DNA of 32,000 nucleotides from Xanthomonas campestris pv. campestris str. ATCC 33913 (GTDB lineage: Bacteria; Pseudomonadota; Gammaproteobacteria; Xanthomonadales; Xanthomonadaceae), in contig NC_003902.1 of NCBI RefSeq assembly GCF_000007145.1, positions 5,044,188-5,076,187 on the forward strand, read 5' to 3'. The notes under the pieces are model-generated. The model saw only the letters and a program-made list of their open reading frames with translations, was not told the origin of the DNA and ran no database searches. Each line of letters begins with the position of its first letter. Within the stretch, counting starts at the first letter, position 1. A program made the translations under genes and the position numbers. Of this stretch, positions 16,267 to 25,100 are shown piece by piece.

Positions 16267-16374
16267 TTACCGCGGTGTTTTCCCGCTCAATGCACGCCGC
16301 GCCAGGCCCGGGTCGTCGGCGAAAAACGCATCGATGCCGGTGTCCAGATAGCGCTTCAATTGCGCCAGTGCACC
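16267..16374 (-). pseudogene. Duplicated 3'-terminal fragment of glpQ (last 35 codons plus stop)
   Basis: 16256..16374 matches 16504..16622 with 4 mismatches over 119 bp. The minus-strand frame reads ...GALAQLKRYLDTGIDAFFADDPGLARRALSGKTPR*, against GALAELKRYLDTGIDAFFADDPGLARRALSGKTPR* in the intact gene. Upstream it hits an in-frame TGA (16432..16434) with no start codon. Confidence 0.8.
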
Positions 16375-16435
16375 AGGCACGTAACACCATTCTTCAAACA
16401 AGCCACCGACCAATCCACGTCGCCGCCCGCCTCAC

Positions 16436-16503
16436 GTAGGAGCGCGCTTGCGCGCGATGAAGCGTCACCGGTAATGCCCCGTCGCGCGCAAGCGCGCTCC
16501 TAC
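16436..16503. repeat. GTAG-type REP palindrome, copy 2
   Basis: Differs from 16188..16255 at 2 of 68 positions. It lies 11 nt downstream of the real glpQ stop. Confidence 0.9.
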
Positions 16504-16514
16504 GTATGCGTTGC

Positions 16515-17615
16515 TTACCGCGGTGTTTTCCCGCTCAATGCACGCCGCGCCAGGCCCGGGTCATCGGCGAAAAACGCATCGATGCCGGTGTCTAGATAGC
16601 GCTTCAATTCCGCCAGCGCACCCGCTTCGTTACGTTCGGTCGGCGCACCGCCACTGCGGTTGTCGGCGGCGAGAAAATAGTTTTCCGGACGAAAGGTGTA
16701 CGGCTGCACCTGCAATCCCGCCGCATGCGCATCGCGCACCAGGCTGGTCGGTTGACCCAGGCGCTGCTGCGCATCCAGCGGAATGATCGCGCGGATGTCC
16801 GGGCCGATCGCGTCGGCGTAGGTGGCAACCTGCGTGAGCCCCGCAGGCGTCCTCAGTTGCGCATAGGTGGCTGGCGCAGCGCCCTTGCCCGCATCGGGCA
16901 GCGCCATCTGCGCACCACTGAGCAATTGCAGCAGCCGGATGTTGCTCTGCCGCCCGATCCTGCCGCGCAGATAGCGCAGGTTGGTGGTCTCGAACGACTG
17001 GATCACCACCGGCGCCGTGCGCGTATACGCGTGCGCTTGCAGGGTGGCCAGCACCTTGTCTTCCATCGCCAGGCCCAGGCCGCTGAAATAGCTCGGGTGC
17101 TTGATCTCAGGAATCAGCCCAATCGTGCGCCCGGTGGCGGCCGACTCTGCCGCAACGAAGTCGATGATCTCGTCCAGCGTCACGATCTGAAAATGGCCAT
17201 CCCACTGCGTGCCACGCAATTGCGGCAACCGCTCACGCGCGCGCAGGGTCTTCAACTCGGCCAGGGTGAAGTCTTCGGTGAACCAGCCTTCCAGCGCCTG
17301 GCCATCGATGGTCTTGCGCGTCTTGCGCGCGGCAAACTCCGGATGGCTGGCCACATCGGTGGTGCCGCCGATCTCGTTCTCATGGCGCGCTACCAGCACG
17401 CCATCCTTGGTCGACACCAGATCCGGCTCGACGAAATCAGCGCCATCGACGATAGCCTTGGCGTAGGACGCCAAGGTATGTTCCGGGCGCAATGCGCTGG
17501 CACCGCGGTGCGCGAAGATCTGCACCGTCTTGGCCAGCGGCGCTTCTGCCAGTGCAGGGCTGCTCATGACGGCCATCATCGCTCCCAAGACTAGAACACG
17601 GTGGAACTGCATCAT
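16515..17615 (-). CDS. glpQ: Secreted glycerophosphodiester phosphodiesterase (GlpQ-like)
   Basis: Track ORF is 16515..17693. I prefer ATG 17615 (MMQFHRVLVLGAMMAVMSSPALAEAPLAK), which gives a signal peptide and is preceded by GGAGAAAGG. FAHRGASALRPEHT, VEPDLVSTKDGVLVARHENEI, PEIKHPSYF and GIDAFFADDP are GDPD motifs. Confidence 0.9.
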   Translation of the reverse strand: MMQFHRVLVLGAMMAVMSSPALAEAPLAKTVQIFAHRGASALRPEHTLASYAKAIVDGADFVEPDLVSTKDGVLVARHENEIGGTTDVASHPEFAARKTRKTIDGQALEGWFTEDFTLAELKTLRARERLPQLRGTQWDGHFQIVTLDEIIDFVAAESAATGRTIGLIPEIKHPSYFSGLGLAMEDKVLATLQAHAYTRTAPVVIQSFETTNLRYLRGRIGRQSNIRLLQLLSGAQMALPDAGKGAAPATYAQLRTPAGLTQVATYADAIGPDIRAIIPLDAQQRLGQPTSLVRDAHAAGLQVQPYTFRPENYFLAADNRSGGAPTERNEAGALAELKRYLDTGIDAFFADDPGLARRALSGKTPR

Positions 17616-17753
17616 GCCTTTCTCCAACGAAAAAGTAGCCATCAAACCAAAGCATGATCGCCAGGCGAACGCGGCCGATTGGTGGTGCGGCATGTACTAC
17701 ACGTACACCCCCGCTTTCTCCGCATCGTTCGTACACGCCTGACAACCACGCGC

Positions 17754-17899
17754 TAAGAGCGGCTAACAAAACGTAGCGAGCAGTCGTCAGGTGGGTGCGG
17801 ACGGCGCGGAGGAACCGGAGTGTACGGGGGTACATGAGAATTCCGAGCACCGGCCGCGCCCGCCTGGCGGCTGCGCAGTCGTTTTGATAGCTGCTCTTA
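17754..17899. repeat. 146-bp imperfect palindrome (MITE-like or long hairpin element)
   Basis: The left arm taagagcggctaacaaaacg...gcagtcgtcaggtgggtgcgg pairs with the reverse complement of the right arm, taagagcagctatcaaaacg...gcagccgccaggcgggcgcgg. The centre is near tgtacgggggtaca (17821..17834). Confidence 0.7.
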
Positions 17900-17976
17900 C
17901 GTCTTGTCAGCCACTCTAAAACTAACAGCGTCCATCAGCATCGGAAATCCGTAAACAGCAGCAAGACCCGCCGTTA

Positions 17977-18005
17977 CGAATCCCCAATCCCGATTCCCCA
18001 ATCCC
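17977..18005 (-). repeat. GGGATTG/GGGAATC heptad repeat, G4-capable, immediately after the TBDR stop
   Basis: The minus-strand sequence is GGGATTGGGGAATCGGGATTGGGGATTCG, with four G-tracts, starting 4 nt after the TGA at 18012..18010. Confidence 0.8.
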
Positions 18006-18009
18006 TAAC

Positions 18010-20325
18010 TCAGAACTTGGCATCCAACGTCAAGAACACCTGCCGCGGTGCACTGGCGTGGAATGCCAGCTGGCGGCCATTCGGATCGCTGTTGGCGAAC
18101 GCGGTGAGGTTGGAGGCGTAGCGTTTGTCGGTGAGGTTGGTCACGTTGAGCGAGAGCTTCAACGACTGCAGCATGCTGACCTGACCAAACTCATAGCCGG
18201 CGCCGGCATCGAACGAGGTGTAACCGCCAAAGCCCTGATCATTGGTGTAGGTGTAGAAGCGCTCACCGGTGTACTTGCCACGCAGGTTGACATTCCAGCC
18301 AGCGTAGTTGAAGGCGATTTCGCTGGCGAGCATGCGCTTGGGCGTATCCACCGTGGTCTTGCCGGCAGTGGCAATGGTCACCCCGTTCTGCACGTAGTTG
18401 TCGTCGTAGGTGGAGCGGTTGATCGAGGCCGAGTTGTACCACTGCAGGTAGCTGGTGGGCTTCCAGATCACCGTCAGTTCGCCACCGCGGCTGCTCACCG
18501 ACCCCACGTTGAAGAAGCGCGTGGTGCAGGCCGGCGTGGTGCCCTGCTGGATGCTGGCGCAGGGGTTGAGCGAGAGCAGGCGGTTGTCGAAGGTGACGTC
18601 GTAGCCGACCAGCGAGGCTTCGAAGCGGTCACGCACGAAGCGGTAGCCGGCTTCCAGGGTGCGCGACTTTTCCGGCTCCAGCGCGCCCACGCTGGCATCG
18701 AACGAGGCCTGCGTCACCAGCAATGGGCCACCGGCGCCGCCGCCCTGGAATGCGGCGATGTTTTCCGCGTACGAGGCGAACACTTCCTGCCCTTCGGCCA
18801 GGCGATATCCCAACCCGATCTGCGGCAGCACCGACTCGCTGGCCTTGATCGAGCCGGTGGCCACCGGCGCTTCCACTGCGATGCCCGGCGTCTCGCGCGC
18901 GGTCATTTCGGTGCTCGGGCTCTTGATGCCCAGATCCACGCTCAGGCGGTCGTCGAGAAACTTGAAGTTGCCCTGCACGTAGAACTGCCGCGTGGTGATG
19001 ATGTAGTTCTGCGAGAACAGCCGGCGGTCGGGATCCTGCAGGAACTTGTCATCGCTGACCGGCCCATCGATCCAGTAGAAATTGCGCTCCACATCGTGGT
19101 GGTTGCGCTCGTACCACAGCCCGGCTTCCAGATGATGCGGGCCCAGATCCCAACCGAGTGAGGCGATACCGCCAGTGCGATTGATCCAGTAGTTGGTGCT
19201 GCGGATCGAGATCGGCAGTGCCTGCGGCGTACCCGGGTTGGACGCTTGACCCGGTGACCACCAATGCCCCTGGCCCTTGTTTTCATGGTGATACACCTGC
19301 GTGTGCAGGCTGATGGCATCGTTGGGCTGGAAGTCGCCGGCCACGTAGAACAGGTCGTCGTCGCGCAGCGCGCGGCTCTGGTAATACGCATCGTCCACGT
19401 TATCCACGCCACCACTGAAGCTGCAGCGCGCCGCATTGCGCGTGGCCGGCGCGCAGTACGCCGCCGCCAACGCACGGTTCCAGTCCGGTGCGTACAAATT
19501 CCAATCCCAGCCCAGACCACGCGCCATGCCACTCTTGGACAGGTAGGAATAATCGGCTTGCGAGGTGCGCGAGGTATCGGCAAATGCGGTCAGCTTGCCG
19601 CCGTCGAACTGATACACGCCCTTGGCATTGAACTGGCGGGTGGTGGTCGGCGACTCGGGGCGCGCCCACATGTCGGCTTCGGCATTGATGCCGGACACAT
19701 ACGCCGAGAACCCGTTGTAGTCGCCGGTATCAATACGCAGGAAGGTGCGGCGGTTGGCATCGGAGCCCACCGTCTGCGACAGCTGGCCGCCAAATACGCT
19801 GGACGGATCGGCCGAGTAGTACTGGATGGTGCCGCCGAGGTTGCTGGTCGAGGCAGTACCGAGCGCACCGATACCCGAAGCCAGCTCCACGCCGCCAAAA
19901 TTCTCGGCGATCAGCGCGCGGCTGATGTTGAGGCCGTTGTAGTTGCCGTACGCGTTATCGCCCAGCGGCAACCCATCGAGCGTGTAGCCCAGACGCGTGC
20001 CGTTGAAGCCACGCAGGCTGATCGTCTGCGACTCTTCGTTCGCGCCGAAGGCATCGTTGGACTGCACGTTGACGCCCGGCATGCGGTTGAGCAGCTTCTG
20101 GATGCTGGTGCCCGGCGGCAGCACCGGAATGTCCTGCTGGGTGATGCGCTGCACCTGACGGGTTTCGCCCTGACCGATCACCGACACCGCATCGAGTTGC
20201 TGCACGGTTCCCGTGGCGGCAGACGCGTCGGCACCTGCCTCGGCGGGCGTATCGGCGGCGCGCACGGCCGGTGACAGCACGAGCGCGGTAAGAACAGCGG
20301 CACTGAGGAGATGGGTCTTGGGCAT
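18010..20325 (-). CDS. TonB-dependent outer-membrane receptor
   Basis: Track ORF is 18010..20400. I prefer ATG 20325 (MPKTHLLSAAVLTALVLSPAVRAADTP), which gives a signal peptide. It has a TonB-box-like LDAVSVIG, plug motifs (NRMPGVNV, ISLRGFNGTRLGYTLDGLPLGD) and the C-terminal barrel signature ...VFLTLDAKF. Confidence 0.9.
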   Translation of the reverse strand: MPKTHLLSAAVLTALVLSPAVRAADTPAEAGADASAATGTVQQLDAVSVIGQGETRQVQRITQQDIPVLPPGTSIQKLLNRMPGVNVQSNDAFGANEESQTISLRGFNGTRLGYTLDGLPLGDNAYGNYNGLNISRALIAENFGGVELASGIGALGTASTSNLGGTIQYYSADPSSVFGGQLSQTVGSDANRRTFLRIDTGDYNGFSAYVSGINAEADMWARPESPTTTRQFNAKGVYQFDGGKLTAFADTSRTSQADYSYLSKSGMARGLGWDWNLYAPDWNRALAAAYCAPATRNAARCSFSGGVDNVDDAYYQSRALRDDDLFYVAGDFQPNDAISLHTQVYHHENKGQGHWWSPGQASNPGTPQALPISIRSTNYWINRTGGIASLGWDLGPHHLEAGLWYERNHHDVERNFYWIDGPVSDDKFLQDPDRRLFSQNYIITTRQFYVQGNFKFLDDRLSVDLGIKSPSTEMTARETPGIAVEAPVATGSIKASESVLPQIGLGYRLAEGQEVFASYAENIAAFQGGGAGGPLLVTQASFDASVGALEPEKSRTLEAGYRFVRDRFEASLVGYDVTFDNRLLSLNPCASIQQGTTPACTTRFFNVGSVSSRGGELTVIWKPTSYLQWYNSASINRSTYDDNYVQNGVTIATAGKTTVDTPKRMLASEIAFNYAGWNVNLRGKYTGERFYTYTNDQGFGGYTSFDAGAGYEFGQVSMLQSLKLSLNVTNLTDKRYASNLTAFANSDPNGRQLAFHASAPRQVFLTLDAKF

Positions 20326-20365
20326 GAGCGGCGTGGGGGAAGAGTCAAAAGATGGCGGCAAGCGT

Positions 20366-20416
20366 GCGACAGCTGTCTTGCGCCGATGCGACTGCCGCAT
20401 GACAGTGCGGCGACAG
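20366..20416 (-). promoter_or_regulatory. Pho-box-like array (7-nt half-sites at 11-bp phase) upstream of the TBDR
   Basis: The minus strand reads CTGTCGC cgca CTGTCAT gcgg CAGTCGC atcg gcgcaag acag CTGTCGC. Four of five phased half-sites resemble the E. coli PhoB half-site CTGTCAT. The array ends about 40 nt before ATG 20325. Confidence 0.45.
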
Positions 20417-20449
20417 TCGCTGCGTTGCGCGCGCCGTCACTGCGTGGCG

Positions 20450-20483
20450 CCGGCATGCAGCTGTCATCTGCGCGTCGTAATGT
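20450..20483 (+). promoter_or_regulatory. Pho box plus -10 element upstream of the acid phosphatase gene
   Basis: CCGGCAT gcag CTGTCAT matches 12 of 14 half-site positions against CTGTCAT-N4-CTGTCAT. It is followed after exactly 10 nt by TAATGT (20478..20483), the canonical Pho-promoter geometry. The SD GAGGAG and ATG 20521 follow. Confidence 0.5.
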
Positions 20484-20520
20484 GCGCGTTCTTCCCGTTG
20501 TGTCGTTTGAGGAGTGTTCC

Positions 20521-21363
20521 ATGCCGCAGCGCCGTGCTCGCTCGTTCCATCGGACGCTGACTGGCGCCGCAATTGCCACATTGTTGATCGGCAGCGGCCT
20601 GGCGAGTGCGCGGGAGAAGCCTGCCTCCGCAGGTTCGGTGATTGCTACCGACGCACGTGGTTATCTGCAGAAAGAGCAATTGCCCGACAGCCTGCAGCTG
20701 GTTCCGCCACCGCCGCAGGATGGCAGCGCCGCGCTCGCCAACGACGAGGCAGTGGCCAAGGCGATGCTGCAACTACGCGGCACACCACGCTGGGACCTGG
20801 CCACGCGCGACGCCGCGCTGGGCTTCCCGGCGGCGGTTGGCCACTTCAGCTGCGCATTGGGCGTGCAGATCGACCAGGCCACGACGCCACACCTGCTGCG
20901 CCTGCTCGAACGCAGCCTGCGCGATGCCAGCACCAGCACCAGTGCGGCCAAGGGGCGCTACCAACGCCCGCGCCCGTTCATGCGCAACAATCAACCGATG
21001 TGCACCCCGGCCGACGACGACAGCCTACGCAAGAACGGCTCCTACCCGTCCGGTCACACCGCCATCGGCTGGAGCTGGGGCCTGATCCTGGCCGAACTGG
21101 CACCGGCCAGGCGCGATGCCCTGCTCGCTCGCGGCCGCGCCTTCGGCGACAGCCGCCTGGTCTGCAACGTGCACTGGCAAAGCGACGTCCTGCAGGGCCG
21201 CATCATGGGCGCCGCCACCGTCGCGGCACTGCATGGCAACGCCGAGTTCCAGAACGACCTGGCCGCCGCCCGCCGCGAGATAGCCAAGGCCACGCCGGCG
21301 AACTCCACGACATGCGCGGCAGAAGCCGCCGCCCTGCAGACGGTGTTGCCGGGCGTGCTGTAG
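20521..21363 (+). CDS. phoC: Class A bacterial acid phosphatase (PAP2 superfamily, PhoC/PhoN-like), secreted
   Basis: Track ORF is 20311..21363. I prefer ATG 20521 after GAGGAG, which gives a signal peptide (MPQRRARSFHRTLTGAAIATLLIGSGLASA). The PAP2 signature is complete: KGRYQRPRP, YPSGHT and SRLVCNVHWQSD. Confidence 0.9.
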   Translation: MPQRRARSFHRTLTGAAIATLLIGSGLASAREKPASAGSVIATDARGYLQKEQLPDSLQLVPPPPQDGSAALANDEAVAKAMLQLRGTPRWDLATRDAALGFPAAVGHFSCALGVQIDQATTPHLLRLLERSLRDASTSTSAAKGRYQRPRPFMRNNQPMCTPADDDSLRKNGSYPSGHTAIGWSWGLILAELAPARRDALLARGRAFGDSRLVCNVHWQSDVLQGRIMGAATVAALHGNAEFQNDLAAARREIAKATPANSTTCAAEAAALQTVLPGVL

Positions 21364-21634
21364 GCCACATCGCAGTGATGCGCGCCTGCGCGATGTGCAG
21401 GTCGCAGGCATGCAGCCGAACACTGCGGCTCGCAGCATTCGTCGATTGGCGCATGCAGGCATGAAGGCATGGGGATGCCTGGGCTCTGAGTCGATGGGCA
21501 GACTATCTGGCGCATGCGTGCAGCAGTGCGTTGCCCGCTCTAACGCTGGCAATAGTGCCGTTTCCACTGGTTACTTGTTGACCGCTGCCTTGGCGCATAG
21601 CCGCCGAGATGCTGGTCATGCGCGGCATTAGCGA

Positions 21635-21952
21635 TCACAGAGCGTTGGCCTGGCATAGGCGCCTGCAACCCACCATCCGTTGAGCACAGCAGTTGGCGGC
21701 CTCTTGGCAGGTGATGCTTCCGCAAGAGATGCGAGAGACCCGCTTGGTCGACCTGCGGGCGTGTTCTCCCGGCACTGACTCGCCCAGCTGTCGCACCACC
21801 TCGCTGAGGTCGAAAGGCCAGCGCGCACTGGCATGCCTAGATGCATCATCTGGCGTTTGCCACAACTCCTGGCCCTTAGGCACTTCCGCAGCAGCGGCAA
21901 ATACTTCATTCGCATACAGCATTTGCTCGAACGAATCCCGGCCCGAAAGCAT
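21635..21952 (-). CDS. Doubtful ORF or gene remnant in a lower-GC spacer
   Basis: 105-aa ORF (MLSGRDSFEQMLYANEVFAAAAEVPKGQELWQTPDD...) with visibly lower GC3 than neighbouring genes. I see no SD and recognise no family. The C-terminal half is Cys/Arg-rich and junk-like. Confidence 0.2.
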   Translation of the reverse strand: MLSGRDSFEQMLYANEVFAAAAEVPKGQELWQTPDDASRHASARWPFDLSEVVRQLGESVPGEHARRSTKRVSRISCGSITCQEAANCCAQRMVGCRRLCQANAL

Positions 21953-22073
21953 CGATCTCGTTAAAAGTTCCCGGAAGATGACATCTCTGTAAATCCTGGG
22001 TTAATCTTCAGACAAGCTTCAGGAAGCTGACATCCGTTCAGGTTGTTCAGGCGATCCCTGAAGTGCAGTTCCC

Positions 22074-22095
22074 CTCGACTGCGATCGCAGTCGAG
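22074..22095. promoter_or_regulatory. Perfect 22-bp palindrome upstream of the Oar-like TBDR (operator or 5'-UTR hairpin candidate)
   Basis: CTCGACTGCGA|TCGCAGTCGAG is perfectly self-complementary and lies 48 nt before ATG 22143. It is preceded by four TTCAG(G) motifs at 22007, 22018, 22037 and 22046. Confidence 0.35.
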
Positions 22096-22142
22096 TCCCA
22101 CGTCTGCAGTGTCCGTGACCGAATTCATCAGGAGAGAGAGGA

Positions 22143-25100
22143 ATGACGCGTCCAGGGGTTCGTAGTGTGTTGTGCAGGAACATCAAGCGCAGTGCCTTGA
22201 GTCTTGCGTTGGGGATGTGCGTCGTCGGTGGGGTGCAAGCGCAGAGCGCAGTCGGCTCGATCTTCGGTAGTGGCCAGCCAGGAAGTACGATCGCCATCCA
22301 GAGCCCGCAGACCGGCGTCAGCCGCTCGATCACCGCGGGCGCGGACGGGCGTTTCACTTTCAGCCAATTGCCACCGGGCAAGTACGTGATCACCGCCGAT
22401 GGGGTGACGCGCGAGGTGGACGTCAAGGTCGGTAGCGGCTCGCAGGTATTGCTCGGCAGCGATGCCAAGACACTGGACCGTGTGGAGGTCGTGGGCGTAC
22501 AGGCCTTCAATCCGATCGACGTGTCGTCGGTGGAATCGACCACGGTGTTCACGGCCGAGCAGATGGTCTCGCTGCCGGTGGCCAGTGATGTGTCGTCGGT
22601 GGCGCTGCTGGCGCCGGGCGCCGTTCGCGGCGACAGCGGCCTGGGCGCAGGCAATCTGGCCTCGTTCGGCGGCTCCTCGGTGGCCGAGAACGGCTACTAC
22701 ATCAACGGCTTCGACGTGACCAACATGCGCACGTTCCTGTCCTTTGCCAACATCCCGTTCCAGGGCATCGGCCAGCTGCAGATCAAGACCGGCGGCTACG
22801 GTGCCGAGTACGGGCGCTCGCTGGGCGGCATCGTCAGCATCGTGACCAAATCCGGCTCCAACGACTGGCATTACGGCGCCAGCGTTGAATGGGCACCGGA
22901 CTGGGGCGCTGCAGCAGCCAAGAACGTGCGCGAGCGCGATCCCGATGCGTCGGACCCGCTGTACCAATACCGTAGCGATGACCAGTTCGACAGCACCATC
23001 TATTCGGCCTACGCCAGCGGCCCGATCATCAAGGACCGCTTGTTCTTCTTCGCAATGGTGGAAGGCCGCCAGGAGACGGAAGACAACTTCTACGCGCTGA
23101 CCAGCCGGCGTGTCAGTGACACGACGCCGCAGGGCCTGGTCAAACTCGACTGGTACATCAACGACAGCAACCTGGTCGAATTCACCGGCATCTACAACCA
23201 GGCCAAGACCAAGTACCGCACCTACGAATACGACACCGACGCCAACGGCGATAACCGCTACAACGTTGGCAGGCACGAAGTGCCGATCGAGCAGTACGAG
23301 ATGGAAAACGGCGGCAAGGTCGGCATCCTCAAGTACACCGGCTACTTCACCGACAATTTCACCGTGTCGGCGCAATACGGCTATTTGAGCAACCTGATCG
23401 ATTCCCGCTTACCTGCCAATCCCGCCGGCGGAGAGTGCCCATGGGCGTACAGCTTCGGCCTGACCACCAGCGTGATTGACCGCTATATCGGCTGCAACCC
23501 GGGCACGATCACGACCATCGCTGATCTGGATGCCGAACCCGATGAAGACGTCCGCAAAGCCTTCCGCGTGGATGGCGAATGGGTGCTGGGCGAGCACCGA
23601 CTGCGCTTTGGCGTGGATCAGGAAAAATACGAATCCAGCCACCGTGGCCAGACCTACGCCGGCGGCATCAACTGGGCGTACTACACCGTGCCGGGCAATG
23701 CTGTGGCAACCGGCGCGTTTGCCGGACAGCCGGGGCGTACGGTCAACGGTCAGCTCGTGCCGCGCGGTGCGCTGTATGCACGCTCACGCGTGTATCAGAC
23801 CAGCAGCTCCAGCTACGAGAACACCAATAGCGCGTTCTATCTGGAAGACAACTGGCAGGTCACCGAGAACTTCCTTGCCGTGCTCGGCTTGCGCGGCGAA
23901 AAGTTCGAAAACAAGAACGGTGATGGCATCGCCTGGATCGAGTCCGATTACAAGATGGCGCCGCGCCTTGGCTTCTCCTGGGATGTGCTCGGCGACGCCA
24001 GCCTGAAGCTATTCGGTACCGCCGGCCGCTACTACATTCCGGTGGCGACCAACTCGAGTATCCGTGCCACCGGTGCCGAATCGACCGTGTCCAACTGGTA
24101 CTTCGTCAATGGCTGGAGCGAAGCCGATGGCACGCCGGTGGGTCAAGGTGCGCAGATCGGCCAGACCCAGGCCAATGGCTCGCTCACTGCGCCGAATCCG
24201 GCCTCTGTCGCATCGACCAACCTGTCGCCGATGTACCAGGACGAAGTGATCCTGGGTGGCCAATTGCAGCTGACCGAGAACTGGATGGCGGGTGTGCGCA
24301 TGATCCGCCGCGAAGTGAAGTCAGGCATGGACGACACCTGCACAACCAACCCCTGGATTGACTGGGCCGCGGACAATGGCTATCCCGATTTCGATCCGGG
24401 ATCCGTGCCGAGCTGCTACTTCCTCAATCCAGGAAGCGATGTCACCCTCAATGTCGATTTGAACGGCGATGGCGAAGTCGAACTGGCCACCCTGCCTGCC
24501 TCGTACCTTGGACTACCTGAGTACCGTCGCCTCCACACGGCACTGGAATTCTTCTGGGAACGGACCGGCGAGAAGTTCAACTTCCAGGGCTCCTATACGT
24601 TTGCCAGGACACGCGGCAACGTCGAGGGCTACGTCAATTCCACGCTGGAACAGGAAGATGCCGGCCTCACTCAGGACTTCGACCACCGTCTGTTCACCGA
24701 TGGCACCTATGGGCCGACACCGAACGATCGTCAGCACACGCTCAAGCTGTTCGGGGCATACAACCTCACGCCCGAATGGCAGTTCGGCGGAAATCTGGTG
24801 CTGCAGTCCGGCCGTCCGATCAACTGCCAGGGCTATATCCCGCTGGACGATATTCCGCAGCCTGACCAGGGCAATCTCAGCGGTTACAGCGGCTCAAGCT
24901 TTTATTGCTTGAACGCTGAAGGCACACGCGAGCTACGCCAACGTGGCGACGAAGGCCGCACACCGTGGACCTGGACCTTCGATCTGGCAGCGGCCTACAT
25001 TCCCAATTGGGCCGACAACAAGCTGCGCATCAAGCTCGACGTCTTCAACCTGTTTAACAACGATCGCGTCACCGAGTACAACGAGTTCAGTGAGGCCTCG

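Noticed and set aside
16258-16599. 113-aa plus-strand ORF spanning the duplicated region
   Set aside because: It reads antisense through the glpQ tail copies and the REP palindrome and has no motifs. It exists only because the duplication removes stops.
16188-16622. Possible CRISPR-like array (repeated palindromic 68-mers with a spacer)
   Set aside because: There are only two copies. The repeat unit includes a gene fragment, the palindromes are GTAG-type REPs with 24-bp arms (too long for CRISPR repeats), and no cas genes are present.
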